Origin: a virus | Taxonomy: Duplodnaviria; Caudoviricetes | Reading direction: 5' to 3' (one strand) | Virus record (IMG/VR): IMGVR_UViG_3300014205_000187 | Location: 42,381 to 106,380 of that record | Length of the DNA stretch: 64,000 bases | Shown here: positions 48,829 through 58,181 of the stretch, in pieces | Layout: every line of letters starts with the position of its first letter | Position numbering within the stretch: the stretch's first letter is position 1 | The notes under the pieces: model-generated | Database searches by the model: none | The model's input: the letters and a program-made list of their open reading frames with translations, nothing else | What the model was told of the DNA's origin: nothing | Program-made: the position numbers and the translations under genes

Positions 48829-50111
48829 TGATAACCATAACGTATAATCAACTTGGAGAAAATGTTGATACTGAACACGTCGGCCTGGTATCTCGACTTG
48901 AAGGTCTTACAGGGCCTAGAGAACTTTATGGACTTGACCAGCCTATTAACATATTAGATATAATCGATCATGTAAGTCTTGATGATGGTCTTATATGCTT
49001 TGAGTATCTGTCTAACTCTTTCTCCACAAAAGTGTCTATAGCTATAAATTGCTTAAAAGCTCATACTTTACCGTGGTCTAAAGTTTTTCCCGGTGATACA
49101 CGTATGTTAGACCTTATCAACAGTATTGACTTATACTACCAGTCAAAAGATATTGTTCCTGTGCCTAAAACAGATTATTGTGGGGATGCAATACCTGGTT
49201 TTTATGGAGTCATACCTATCAATCAAATAACAGATTCTTTAGCTTCTATAGTAGCCTCTGTAAATGCTCAAAATACTGTAGGTGTTGTATACTGGCACTA
49301 TTTTTATGCTTTGAAAACTTCTCCTTGGACTCAAGAAGAAATTGATGCTGCCAACGCTCCAGCTTTAGTAAGTGGAGAATACGAGTATATGACCACAGGC
49401 GGTCTTAATGTTACAGACCCTACTATACTGACAGCCACAAACCTTCACAGTTATACACCGCAACAGATTGATGAAGCTCTTTTAAGAGACCCAGATTTTT
49501 ATCTAAAAGATTCCTATCTATGGGATAGTCAAATCGACCCCGGTTATGCTTATCCTTGTCTTGTGCGACGCCGTATTTTAATGGGTATAGACGACCAAAA
49601 CGATCTTATAAACTACTTCACTCTAGCTGTACAGGACATAGCAAACATACTTCAAATAGTCATTGACATGGTTTTATACGATGCAGGAGACCTTACTCCT
49701 ATAATTATTGGAATACGAAAATATATGTGGGAGTATGAGACAGGTAGACGCCTTGAAATGGCATCTCTTTTAGCACGAATGAATGACATAAAACGAGGGT
49801 TTTTGTGCGGTCCAACCGGAGACCCTATATCTGCAACTTACGAACAGCAGCTAATAGATGCCGGTCTTAATGCCAGAGCAGGTTTTATGCGAAACTCTGT
49901 TATCATAAACTCTTACGATACAAACATGGATGGAATACTAAGTGACGCAGAACGCACAGCTTTAGAGAATGGTGCTCGGGCACTTATGGTAGCTACTCGG
50001 GCAGCTCTTGGAACACAAATATACAATCAACTTTACGCTGAAATGGTGGCCTTACCAACATTAAGTAGTGGACAATCTCTTGTGGACGTGCTAACACCCT
50101 ATCTTTTGTGA
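48828..50111 (+). CDS. hypothetical protein with EF-hand-like loop
   Basis: DTNMDGILSDAE. Confidence 0.5.
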   Translation: MITITYNQLGENVDTEHVGLVSRLEGLTGPRELYGLDQPINILDIIDHVSLDDGLICFEYLSNSFSTKVSIAINCLKAHTLPWSKVFPGDTRMLDLINSIDLYYQSKDIVPVPKTDYCGDAIPGFYGVIPINQITDSLASIVASVNAQNTVGVVYWHYFYALKTSPWTQEEIDAANAPALVSGEYEYMTTGGLNVTDPTILTATNLHSYTPQQIDEALLRDPDFYLKDSYLWDSQIDPGYAYPCLVRRRILMGIDDQNDLINYFTLAVQDIANILQIVIDMVLYDAGDLTPIIIGIRKYMWEYETGRRLEMASLLARMNDIKRGFLCGPTGDPISATYEQQLIDAGLNARAGFMRNSVIINSYDTNMDGILSDAERTALENGARALMVATRAALGTQIYNQLYAEMVALPTLSSGQSLVDVLTPYLL

Positions 50112-50138
50112 TAGAATACAAATCTGAGGTTTCTTGTA

Positions 50139-50546
50139 ATGAAATTGGTTAAACACATAGGCAACATAATCTTTCGTACAGACACCGAATACACTGAGTT
50201 TCTTCTTGGAATGGTATCCATCATTACAGGGATTTGGCTGTTCATACCTTTTGCTGAAACCTATTTCCAAAGAGGTCTCGGTTCAGCCGCCAAACCTGAG
50301 TTGTGGGGCACTCTTCTGTTATTCTCAGGACTTACCAAGTTTATAGGAGTTCTACGAGGTAGACTCAGTTTCAGACAAACCTCATGCCTTATTGCTACTT
50401 TTGTCTGGGTATTTATTTCTGTGGTTTTTTTAACTGAAGACCCTTCCGTATGTACCGTGGGCCAACCGTTAGCTCCGATAATGATAGTGCTAGGCTTTTT
50501 TAATGCTCTAATCTATATCAAACTACGGTTGGTGCCACGCCCATGA
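50139..50546 (+). CDS. 4-TM membrane protein, holin candidate
   Basis: Four hydrophobic segments at the end of the tail module. Confidence 0.5.
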   Translation: MKLVKHIGNIIFRTDTEYTEFLLGMVSIITGIWLFIPFAETYFQRGLGSAAKPELWGTLLLFSGLTKFIGVLRGRLSFRQTSCLIATFVWVFISVVFLTEDPSVCTVGQPLAPIMIVLGFFNALIYIKLRLVPRP

Positions 50547-50863
50547 ATCAATGGCTTACTCCAATTGCAATTGCCGGTATTACGACGATTCTGGTTAATC
50601 TCGTCTCTACTATACTCTCGGCAAAACTCCAAAATAAACAGATAACTGTCTCTGATTCAGCTTCCTTTAGACAAAGCCTTGTTGATCGAGAAACCACGCT
50701 GGTGGGAGAGATTCAATGTCTGTCTGATAAGTGCAGAGAGCTTGAAAAAGACCTCCACGATGCCAACTGTAAAATCGTAATGCTGGAAAAGGCTAAAAGT
50801 GAGCTTGAAATTGATCTGCTACATCTAAAGGCAACAATAAATGAGAAAACCGATATTCAATGA
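50543..50863 (+). CDS. N-terminal TM plus coiled-coil protein (lysis-associated candidate)
   Basis: Hydrophobic N-terminus and heptad C-terminus. Confidence 0.45.
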   Translation: MNQWLTPIAIAGITTILVNLVSTILSAKLQNKQITVSDSASFRQSLVDRETTLVGEIQCLSDKCRELEKDLHDANCKIVMLEKAKSELEIDLLHLKATINEKTDIQ

Positions 50864-51071
50864 ACAAGGCAACGAAGTTGAAGACTTCTCTAAATACTGC
50901 CCCGTGTGTGGAACCACTGACATCGAAAAAGGTGAAATGACCGGACCCGATTTCGATGAAAAAGGCTGGTTCTACGCTCACCACTTCACATGCAAAAACA
51001 AAAAGTGTAAGCATACCTGGATAAACAAAGTAATCGTAGCTGGCGGCGGCATGGTCGCCAAGTATCGATAA
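50841..51071 (+). CDS. zinc-ribbon protein
   Basis: CPVCG..CKNKKC. Confidence 0.6.
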   Translation: MRKPIFNEQGNEVEDFSKYCPVCGTTDIEKGEMTGPDFDEKGWFYAHHFTCKNKKCKHTWINKVIVAGGGMVAKYR

Positions 51072-51125
51072 TCCAGTATTTGTACTAGGCTGACAAGCCT
51101 TTAAGGATTATGCTATACTACCCGT

Positions 51126-51509
51126 ATGAATGCTCTCCTACTTGTTTGGACATTCATGTTCTCTGGACAGCCTACTGTGGTTGTGTCGAAGAACGATGTC
51201 TGGCACACAGGACAAGTCACGACGTATGCCGCAAAGTTTGAAGGACGACGCTGCGCTGATGGTAGTCGTTTCAGTCATAAACGTCTGATTGTAGCCTGTA
51301 GAGGTGGCTCGTTCGGTCGCCGGATTGAACTCAGATACGGTAAAAACGGACGTGCCATCGTCAAAATCGCTGATCGTGGAAGACTGCCTATGCACAGATC
51401 GAACAAATGGCAGTTCGACACGACCAAAGCCGTTGCCAAAAAACTTGGTTTATACAGAATACACAGAGGAAAGACCGACCGCACAGTAAAATGGAGATAC
51501 ATCGAATGA
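51126..51509 (+). CDS. RlpA-like (DPBB) lytic transglycosylase, endolysin candidate
   Basis: TTYAAKFEGRRCADG, VKIADRG, FDTTKAVAKKLG; hydrophobic N-terminus; leaderless after TGCTATACT. Confidence 0.75.
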   Translation: MNALLLVWTFMFSGQPTVVVSKNDVWHTGQVTTYAAKFEGRRCADGSRFSHKRLIVACRGGSFGRRIELRYGKNGRAIVKIADRGRLPMHRSNKWQFDTTKAVAKKLGLYRIHRGKTDRTVKWRYIE

Positions 51510-51802
51510 TTTATACGTGGCATTTCTGGCTGAACGCTATTATTTTGGGGCCTCTTTTCTGGCTCATACTCTTATGTATCGGCGGTTTTGGCCTCAGACA
51601 ACTCAAAGCTATCTCGACCTGGTATTTTGGCCTGCCGATAAATCAGTGGCCTGCTATGTGTCTTCTGGTCATAGCTTGCAAGGTATTGAAAAGCAAACGC
51701 TATTGTCATTTCATGACGTATGACGGACGATTCTGGCTCTCCCCCAATGTTGATGGGTTCAAGACCCCAGATTTGTCTCCTGTAGAAATCACACCGAAGT
51801 AG
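51506..51802 (+). CDS. membrane protein
   Basis: ATGA coupling; hydrophobic segments. Confidence 0.5.
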   Translation: MIYTWHFWLNAIILGPLFWLILLCIGGFGLRQLKAISTWYFGLPINQWPAMCLLVIACKVLKSKRYCHFMTYDGRFWLSPNVDGFKTPDLSPVEITPK

Positions 51803-51821
51803 ACGAAAGGAACAATATCCA

Positions 51822-52085
51822 ATGGAACCAAAAACTTTTGCTGAAGTATTGAAAGGTGCCACACCCTCGGACGCCAAGATCGAGACATTCAAGAATCGTA
51901 TTCTCGCTCACGGTGAAGTCCAGGTCAGAATGACCTCCGGCCAAACGCACAGCATTCACATGGGCGATCACGGTGATGTGGCTCCCGGTCTCATCACCTA
52001 CAAAGACAACACGGGCACGATTCACAACCTGTTCGTGGACCAGATCGAGTCTATGTGGACACACAAAGGCTATCCAGAAGGATAA
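51822..52085 (+). CDS. hypothetical protein
   Basis: AAGGA RBS; phage-like codon use. Confidence 0.65.
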   Translation: MEPKTFAEVLKGATPSDAKIETFKNRILAHGEVQVRMTSGQTHSIHMGDHGDVAPGLITYKDNTGTIHNLFVDQIESMWTHKGYPEG

Positions 52086-52087
52086 GC

Positions 52088-52279
52088 ATGGCCGTCAGCA
52101 AAGAACTTCTCTATGACCTGATTAAGACGTGCTTTATGGTGCAAAAAGGCTCCTGTCCGGGCTGTATGCACTATGTCGAGTGCATCAAACTGGCAAAACG
52201 TATGGGGCTTCCTTACGATGATCGATGGGAGCCGGATGAGAGGCAACATGTTACCGGAAATCATCATCGAAACTCCTGA
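52088..52279 (+). CDS. small Cys-rich hypothetical protein
   Basis: CPGC..C; AAGGA RBS. Confidence 0.45.
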   Translation: MAVSKELLYDLIKTCFMVQKGSCPGCMHYVECIKLAKRMGLPYDDRWEPDERQHVTGNHHRNS

Positions 52280-53435
52280 ACTTCAGTCCAAGAATGTTCG
52301 GGGGCAGATCAAATACTGGCAGGCTTATGGCATCAAAAAAGACGACGGTAAGTGCTATTATTACACACTCTGCTGGCATCAGCTTGAGAACAGCGAGACC
52401 AGTGCCAGAACCACCAGTGAACTCAATCAGGTCGTAGGCAAGAACAGAGGCCGGTCTAACGAGACCTCAGACGAAGAGCAGCTCATCTTTGAAGTGGGCG
52501 TCCTCGAACGTAAGAAACGTGAAGAGGGCTACCACGTCGAAGGTGAAGAACCTACCCTGGTGCTGTCTCTGCCCATGTTGGCGTACAAATACCCCAAAGA
52601 AGGTTCAAAACTCAGATTTCCATGTTATGCACAGCCAAAACTCGATGGTTTTAGATGTGTAACTAACTCTGAACTGTTCTGGACTCGAAAAGGTAAACTC
52701 TATCCCTCTGACGTGGTTTCACAATTCAGCTTCGACACCAACGGCTTGATACCTGATGGTGAATTGATGCTGCCCCCCGATTATCCCTTCGAGCAGGTCA
52801 AATCAGCCACGGCCAAGTTCAACAAAGAACTGACCCCACTGCTCCAATATCACATCTTCGATTGTGTGCCTGATGGTGAGCAAATGTCTTTTGATATGAC
52901 CTTCGAGCATCGTTACAAATACTACATGGAGATGCTCAAACAGGCCAAAAACACCGGGATTTTGCCGGATAACGTATTCCCGGTAAAATGCACTATCGTC
53001 AACAATGTCGAAGAGGCCGAAACTTTGCTCATGAAGTCCCTCAGACTCGGTTATGAGGGCATTATGCTCCGCAACATCGACGGCATATATTCGATCAATC
53101 ATCGGAGCCGAGATTTGTTGAAGTTCAAGTTCTTGGACACCGTGGGAGGCATGATCGGCTTCGAGGACGCTGAGTTCGAGGTTGTAGGCTGCAAAGACGG
53201 TCGTGGCCGAGAATCTGGAGCCATAATCTACACCTGCGTGACCTCCGATGGCACAAAGTTCGATGTCAGACCCGAAGGCACCATAGAAGAACGTCGAATG
53301 CTGTACACGGGTTTTATACACGAAAGGTTGTTTCCTGTCGGTCATAAACTCACAGTGAGGTATCAAAATCTCTCAAAATACGGGGTACCGAGGTTCCCTG
53401 TCGGCATTGCTTTCAGGAGTGAAGATCATACATGA
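52248..53435 (+). CDS. ATP-dependent DNA ligase
   Basis: QPKLDGFRC, DGEL, IFDC, EGIMLR, LLKFK, VPRFP; N-terminal WGR-like region. Confidence 0.93.
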   Translation: MLPEIIIETPELQSKNVRGQIKYWQAYGIKKDDGKCYYYTLCWHQLENSETSARTTSELNQVVGKNRGRSNETSDEEQLIFEVGVLERKKREEGYHVEGEEPTLVLSLPMLAYKYPKEGSKLRFPCYAQPKLDGFRCVTNSELFWTRKGKLYPSDVVSQFSFDTNGLIPDGELMLPPDYPFEQVKSATAKFNKELTPLLQYHIFDCVPDGEQMSFDMTFEHRYKYYMEMLKQAKNTGILPDNVFPVKCTIVNNVEEAETLLMKSLRLGYEGIMLRNIDGIYSINHRSRDLLKFKFLDTVGGMIGFEDAEFEVVGCKDGRGRESGAIIYTCVTSDGTKFDVRPEGTIEERRMLYTGFIHERLFPVGHKLTVRYQNLSKYGVPRFPVGIAFRSEDHT

Positions 53436-53875
53436 AAACACGCTATGTAGTTGGTTATTTGTTTAATAATGACGGCACCGCCGTCATTCTTCTTCGTAAA
53501 ACTCACCCTGAGTGGCAGGCTGGAAAGTTGAACGGCGTCGGCGGCAGAGTCGAGGAAAATGAGACTCCGGCTGCCTGCATAGAAAGAGAGTTCCTGGAAG
53601 AGACCGGAGTTCCATGTAACCAGTGGCAGTTCACCATACACCTCGAAGGTCCCGATTTCATAGTTTTCTACTATCGAGCTTACTCATCGGCTCTGATACA
53701 AGCGGTAATGGGGCAAAAATCATATCCGACCGATGAAAAACCGGAACTTTGGCCCATATCTCTGCCAACAGGCGATCTTGTCCGCAATGTTCCCTGGACG
53801 ATGAACCTGTCCAACGATAAAGACGGCGTATATTTTCCTGTAGAAGTGAAAAATCGTGGCACACAAAGCATGTGA
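53432..53875 (+). CDS. Nudix hydrolase
   Basis: GGRVEENETPAACIEREFLEETG. Confidence 0.92.
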   Translation: MKTRYVVGYLFNNDGTAVILLRKTHPEWQAGKLNGVGGRVEENETPAACIEREFLEETGVPCNQWQFTIHLEGPDFIVFYYRAYSSALIQAVMGQKSYPTDEKPELWPISLPTGDLVRNVPWTMNLSNDKDGVYFPVEVKNRGTQSM

Positions 53876-54041
53876 CGGCGCGAAAATAAATGGCAGTGTG
53901 CTGGAAAATCTGAGAATAGCTAAAGGTGTCTCCACGCACATACGACGCATAGAAAAAGACGAAATAAACAGCGTGAACGATACGCTGATCGACTCCTTGG
54001 CAGCGTATCTTGGAGTAAATAGGATGGTTTTGACGTGTTAA
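53856..54041 (+). CDS. small Xre-like HTH protein (possibly degenerate)
   Basis: LENLRIAKG..IRRIEK..LAAYLGV. Confidence 0.45.
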   Translation: MAHKACDGAKINGSVLENLRIAKGVSTHIRRIEKDEINSVNDTLIDSLAAYLGVNRMVLTC

Positions 54042-54229
54042 ATGTAAAAATAGGCACCTCGGCCAATGGTCAATCAGTTTTCAAACATCACAAAATCTTT
54101 CTCGACGGAGCCACAGGGATAGCCTTGAAGTCTATCGATCAGGATTTCCTGCTTGTAGGTATCCTGGACGCAAAAGGAAGACCTTCTTTTACACAAAAGT
54201 GGCCGTGGGATAAGGTATTTTCTATATAA
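54035..54229 (+). CDS. hypothetical protein
   Basis: ORF in a packed operon. Confidence 0.45.
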   Translation: MLNVKIGTSANGQSVFKHHKIFLDGATGIALKSIDQDFLLVGILDAKGRPSFTQKWPWDKVFSI

Positions 54230-54247
54230 AAGAATAAGGAGAAGTAG

Positions 54248-54472
54248 ATGTCAGTTAAACAAGTAACTATCATAGAGTGCGACGGAGTTCTCTGTAACAT
54301 CGACGGTATTCTTCCTAAAAGAATAATGGTGCCCGAGGGCGGTCAGGTACAGATGGCTATAGACATCGCACGGGATAAAGATGGCTGGAGATTCACACCG
54401 ATCTGTGAAGACCCCGACGATGACGGCATAGTCACCGATATTCATTGTCTTTGTGGAGGCTGCAAAGAATGA
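54248..54472 (+). CDS. small Cys-containing hypothetical protein
   Basis: AAGGAG RBS; IECDG..C..CGGC. Confidence 0.65.
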   Translation: MSVKQVTIIECDGVLCNIDGILPKRIMVPEGGQVQMAIDIARDKDGWRFTPICEDPDDDGIVTDIHCLCGGCKE

Positions 54473-54669
54473 ATCTACTCAAAAAACTTTTTGGTGGTAA
54501 AGATAAAAGTCTATTTAACTTCACTCTCGGCAGCTTTGAATGTCATGTCACGATCTACGGCCAACCGACAAGTTTGAACTCGATTCAAAAAGATCAAATG
54601 ACCACGGCTATCAAGACCGCTTTCTCCCACGCCCTCGAAGCTCATATCAAAGAGGGTAGTGGTTTATGA
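54469..54669 (+). CDS. hypothetical protein
   Basis: GGAGG RBS; ATGA coupling. Confidence 0.55.
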   Translation: MNLLKKLFGGKDKSLFNFTLGSFECHVTIYGQPTSLNSIQKDQMTTAIKTAFSHALEAHIKEGSGL

Positions 54670-55076
54670 AAATTGTCGCCAGTTCTGGTTGTTTTGACGT
54701 AATTCACCCTGGTCATGTTCGATTGTTTGCTCGAATGAAAGAGCTGGCCGGAGATGACGGCATAGTGTTACTGTTCGTCAATGTCGATGCCTACATTGTT
54801 CGAGTTAAGACGCGAAAGCCCTTAATATCCTTAGAAGATCGCCTAGAGGTCTTGACCTCTAGGCGCGATGTTGACGTGGTTATCTCTTTTAGAGCTAATA
54901 GCCCGTGTCACATGATCGACGTGGTGAGACCGGATATTTGGGTCAAAGGAATCGAATACCGGGGGGTTAAAATCCCCGAGGCAGCGGTAATCGAAGCATA
55001 CGGCGGCGAATTGGTCTTTGTTGACGTGGGGTATGCTGGTCACTCGTCCGATATTCTGAGAGGAGTTGGTGGATGA
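54666..55076 (+). CDS. HldE/RfaE domain II-like nucleotidyltransferase (ADP-heptose synthase type)
   Basis: GCFDVIHPGH, RPDIWVKGIEY, IPEAAVIEAYGG, HSSDIL. Confidence 0.8.
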   Translation: MKIVASSGCFDVIHPGHVRLFARMKELAGDDGIVLLFVNVDAYIVRVKTRKPLISLEDRLEVLTSRRDVDVVISFRANSPCHMIDVVRPDIWVKGIEYRGVKIPEAAVIEAYGGELVFVDVGYAGHSSDILRGVGG

Positions 55077-55369
55077 GTGATTGCTCTGCGTCTAGCAAGG
55101 ACCAGGGGGAAGAGCTGCTGTGCATCTTTTTTCCCGATAGAAGCACCTACCAGGCTGGCAGAAACAGGGGTAGAGAGTGTCTTGGCTGCCTGGTAGTCTT
55201 TGAGACTTACACCCAGGCCAAACTTTTTATATCAGCTCTTGAGAAACCGGGTGCGACCATTAAACCCATGCTTCGTGGTGAACTGGTTTCTTTGTGCAAG
55301 AAACGTGGTGTCGAAGCTCTCATGGTGATCGAGGACCCGAGACACACCAGGTACGAGTTCATTCTTTGA
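55073..55369 (+). CDS. hypothetical protein
   Basis: ATGA coupling. Confidence 0.55.
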   Translation: MSDCSASSKDQGEELLCIFFPDRSTYQAGRNRGRECLGCLVVFETYTQAKLFISALEKPGATIKPMLRGELVSLCKKRGVEALMVIEDPRHTRYEFIL

Positions 55370-55557
55370 AAGAGAAAACTCGTATCTGGTCTATACTTCG
55401 CCCCCATTTCTCCGTCAACTTAACCACATTCTATGTGTTCATACTATGTACTTTATGTTTCCTGCTTAACAACGCCCCAGAGCAGCTTATTTTCATTGTT
55501 AATTGGGTTTTCAACTTCTATATATGGTGGTGGGGGTTTTAGAACCTGAGTTATATT

Positions 55558-55696
55558 GTTAAATAGGTTTCTAGGTATACGTGATCTCCATGATCTCATG
55601 GTTTCAGAGTTACCAAGAATTATTATTCATAATAAGAGTTGAATAGGTTTATATGTAGACGTTGTTTCCATGACCTCGTGCTTTTGGGTTTACCAC
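55558..55696. repeat. two degenerate direct repeats with about 80-bp period
   Basis: AATAGGTTT..ACGT..TCCATGA.CTC.TG.TTT..TTACCA at 55558 and 55638. Confidence 0.6.
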
Positions 55697-55764
55697 AGCG
55701 TACAGGGTGCAAGGGTAGCACCCGCCCCTCGTACAATTACCGGGGTGTGGGGGTTTGCACGACC

Positions 55765-55812
55765 CTGGTAGAAATACCAGCAGGTAATTGTACCAGCTAG
55801 TAAAATTACCTG
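55765..55812. promoter_or_regulatory. three abutting copies of the 16-bp C(T/A)(G/A)GTA-N4-TACC(A/T)G motif
   Basis: CTGGTAGAAATACCAG CAGGTAATTGTACCAG CTAGTAAAATTACCTG. Confidence 0.7.
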
Positions 55813-55843
55813 CTTATCTATAGGTCACAAATTAGACCATAAA

Positions 55844-56296
55844 TCACTCCTTTACTTCATACATGTCAACACTCAACAATATACGTCTATACTCTGAAAC
55901 TATGTCCGATAATATGTTGATTATGACTTTATCTTTAAGTTTCTTGCCTGATGCCAATTCCCTGAGCAATTGCCTTGAGAGTTGTTTAGATGTCTGGAAG
56001 TGATGAGCGGCCATGAACACCTTAGCATCATAAGCAGGTAACACACGGGGCAATTCGTCAATAGCCAATAGGTACTTTGCAAAGTACAACCTGTTAGCTT
56101 CGGTCTCATTCTGCCATGCCTTGTAGTTGCTATAATACGGCTTGCCTGTAAGCTCGCATATAAACCGCTTAGGCGTCGATTCCTGAGCGTTTAAGAACTC
56201 AATGGACTCTAACGCTATGCCGTTCATTCGTACGACCTTGTTGAGAGCGTTTACAATACTTATCTGTTTACGTGCTAACCTAGTTGCCATGACCAT
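55844..56296 (-). CDS. hypothetical protein (cassette array)
   Basis: ORF downstream of a repeated promoter. Confidence 0.65.
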   Translation of the reverse strand: MVMATRLARKQISIVNALNKVVRMNGIALESIEFLNAQESTPKRFICELTGKPYYSNYKAWQNETEANRLYFAKYLLAIDELPRVLPAYDAKVFMAAHHFQTSKQLSRQLLRELASGKKLKDKVIINILSDIVSEYRRILLSVDMYEVKE

Positions 56297-56320
56297 ATAC
56301 CCCACTTGATTATATATCTA

Positions 56321-56366
56321 ATTATACAAGCACATATCGTGCCTTGTCACCTGTCAAAAGTACTAG
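56321..56366 (-). promoter_or_regulatory. cassette promoter 1 (16-bp motif + GG-N10-GC + TATAAT)
   Basis: GGCACGATATGTGC at 56343-56330. Confidence 0.7.
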
Positions 56367-56370
56367 GATT

Positions 56371-56556
56371 TCAACATTCACGCTCAAGCCCATAATGCGG
56401 CGTGAATCTATAGCGTATACCCTTAGATGATACAAGATGATATACATCAGGCTTATAATCCCCTGGTGTAAGCTCTATAGAGCTAACTGTGAGTGTCATA
56501 AACCCCACTCTGACTGTCTTACCCACTTCCCATGCCTGTTTGCTATGCTGTATCAT
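56371..56556 (-). CDS. hypothetical protein
   Basis: GAGGG RBS; SKQAWEVGKTVRVGF. Confidence 0.65.
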   Translation of the reverse strand: MIQHSKQAWEVGKTVRVGFMTLTVSSIELTPGDYKPDVYHLVSSKGIRYRFTPHYGLEREC

Positions 56557-56569
56557 TGTATTCCCTCTC

Positions 56570-56683
56570 TTACTTATTAAATAAGTGCTGTATGCTTGAG
56601 ATTGTTCCCCATGCGCCATAGATCAATGGCGATATGAGAATTATTAAACCGAACAATTTGACTTTCCAATTCATGTTAGACAT
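56570..56683 (-). CDS. 37-aa membrane peptide
   Basis: GGAGG RBS; MSNMNWKVKLFGLIILISPLIYGAW.. Confidence 0.55.
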   Translation of the reverse strand: MSNMNWKVKLFGLIILISPLIYGAWGTISSIQHLFNK

Positions 56684-56747
56684 TGTATGTATCCTCCGTT
56701 TTTGCTTATAATAGATTATTCCATACCCTACATGCGCCCATCCTGTA

Positions 56748-56942
56748 TTAAATACCTGTTTTGCGTAGTTCTTCGATAGGCATGTATTTTACAGTCCGAT
56801 TCTTCGACTTTTGCAGCATGGTCACTTTTCTAAGCAAGTCTTGAGCTGAAATAGTATCCAAGTATTCCCCTTTAGAGTTTGAAATACTAGCCCAATGCCT
56901 GTTATCAGCACTATGGTAAAGCTCATAATAGTATGTTTCCAT
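56748..56942 (-). CDS. hypothetical protein
   Basis: AATTGGGGGAT leader. Confidence 0.6.
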   Translation of the reverse strand: METYYYELYHSADNRHWASISNSKGEYLDTISAQDLLRKVTMLQKSKNRTVKYMPIEELRKTGI

Positions 56943-56972
56943 GTGATTATCCCCCAATTGAATACCTATATA

Positions 56973-57018
56973 ATTATACTTGCAAAAATCGTACCCTGTC
57001 ACCTGTTAAAAGTACTAG
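56973..57018 (-). promoter_or_regulatory. cassette promoter 2
   Basis: GGTACGATTTTTGC at 56995-56982, then TATAAT. Confidence 0.7.
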
Positions 57019-57067
57019 GATTTCCATATTCGAGTCGTTATCCATATAAGCACTTTCAAAACTGTAT

Positions 57068-57241
57068 TCATGATAATCCCCCTTTATGCTTGATAGGGAC
57101 ATTGAGAAGTAAAACATCGTACCCGAATAAGCATGGCGATATGAACGCATAACGATCATACATGCTCATGGCACGTTTAGCGATTCTCATGGCCGTTATG
57201 CCGTCTATGTTCGACTTTGTAGCTTGAATCGTGAAAAACAT
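57068..57241 (-). CDS. 57-aa hypothetical protein
   Basis: AAAGGAG RBS; below the ORF-track cutoff. Confidence 0.5.
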   Translation of the reverse strand: MFFTIQATKSNIDGITAMRIAKRAMSMYDRYAFISPCLFGYDVLLLNVPIKHKGGLS

Positions 57242-57465
57242 CGGCTTTACTCCTTTGCTCTTATAATAGGTTGTTCCATGTATGCAGAGGATTTCACCAA
57301 GTAAAAATACCAGGTTTTTGAGGACACAAAGTACTAGCTAGTACTTCAACTAGGATTGTTGGAGACCTAGTAATTGTACTAGGTATGTTCACATGTAGTG
57401 AACTAAGTGGCGAGTCAAGCGGCGTACATAGTGTTTGTTACTGCTACTGCCAAGCCGCAGCTATA

Positions 57466-57765
57466 TTATGCTACTGCTGCTGTTTTGACGGCCTTTATTT
57501 GATGATACCACGGTCTTACACGGAATCTGCAACCTGTTTCAGGGTCTATGAAGTCAACGCATACAAAACTTGTAGGATTGCCAGGAGTATGATGTACCAC
57601 AGGAACATTGACACTGGCAACAATCCCAACCATGCCAGGTTGAACCAGGAACGAATGAGCTTTAATCCAGCATCTTTCCTTTGGGTATGGCCTTCCGAAG
57701 TGTTCCCCATAAATAGCTTCGGTCAAAGTAACTTGCATACCGATTGCCACATTCTTCTTCTGCAT
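57466..57765 (-). CDS. hypothetical protein
   Basis: GAGGAGG RBS. Confidence 0.6.
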   Translation of the reverse strand: MQKKNVAIGMQVTLTEAIYGEHFGRPYPKERCWIKAHSFLVQPGMVGIVASVNVPVVHHTPGNPTSFVCVDFIDPETGCRFRVRPWYHQIKAVKTAAVA

Positions 57766-57863
57766 GGTTAAAGTTCCTCCTCACAATCGCATTCATACCA
57801 GAACTCTCCACAACCAGCACATATTCCGGCTTGTATAGACCTGCCACATGTGCGTGTCGTTTC

Positions 57864-58046
57864 CTAATTCCGATAATCAAACTCGACTTTTCCCACCATG
57901 TTTCCGTTGATGTCACGAACACCATGATGATAAGAACTTGGTAAACTTTCCTCAAGATCGTCGGCAATTTGTCTGAGCTGCCGAATACACTCAGCATGAT
58001 CGCTTGCGCTGTTTTGATTACCCAGTTTCATTGTGAGTTTATACAT
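57864..58046 (-). CDS. hypothetical protein
   Basis: AATTGGAGGGTATC leader; RDINGNMVG motif. Confidence 0.7.
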   Translation of the reverse strand: MYKLTMKLGNQNSASDHAECIRQLRQIADDLEESLPSSYHHGVRDINGNMVGKVEFDYRN

Positions 58047-58087
58047 ACTGATACCCTCCAATTAAGTATACAACTAACTGTATACTT

Positions 58088-58132
58088 AGTATAAGGCACA
58101 ATACGTGCCACGTCCATAGGTATAAATACCAG
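58088..58132 (-). promoter_or_regulatory. cassette promoter 3
   Basis: TGGCACGTATTGTGC then TATACT. Confidence 0.75.
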
Positions 58133-58181
58133 GATTTTTCTGGGAAAAAGTACTAGCTAGTACTTTAGAGGGGTGTGGGTA

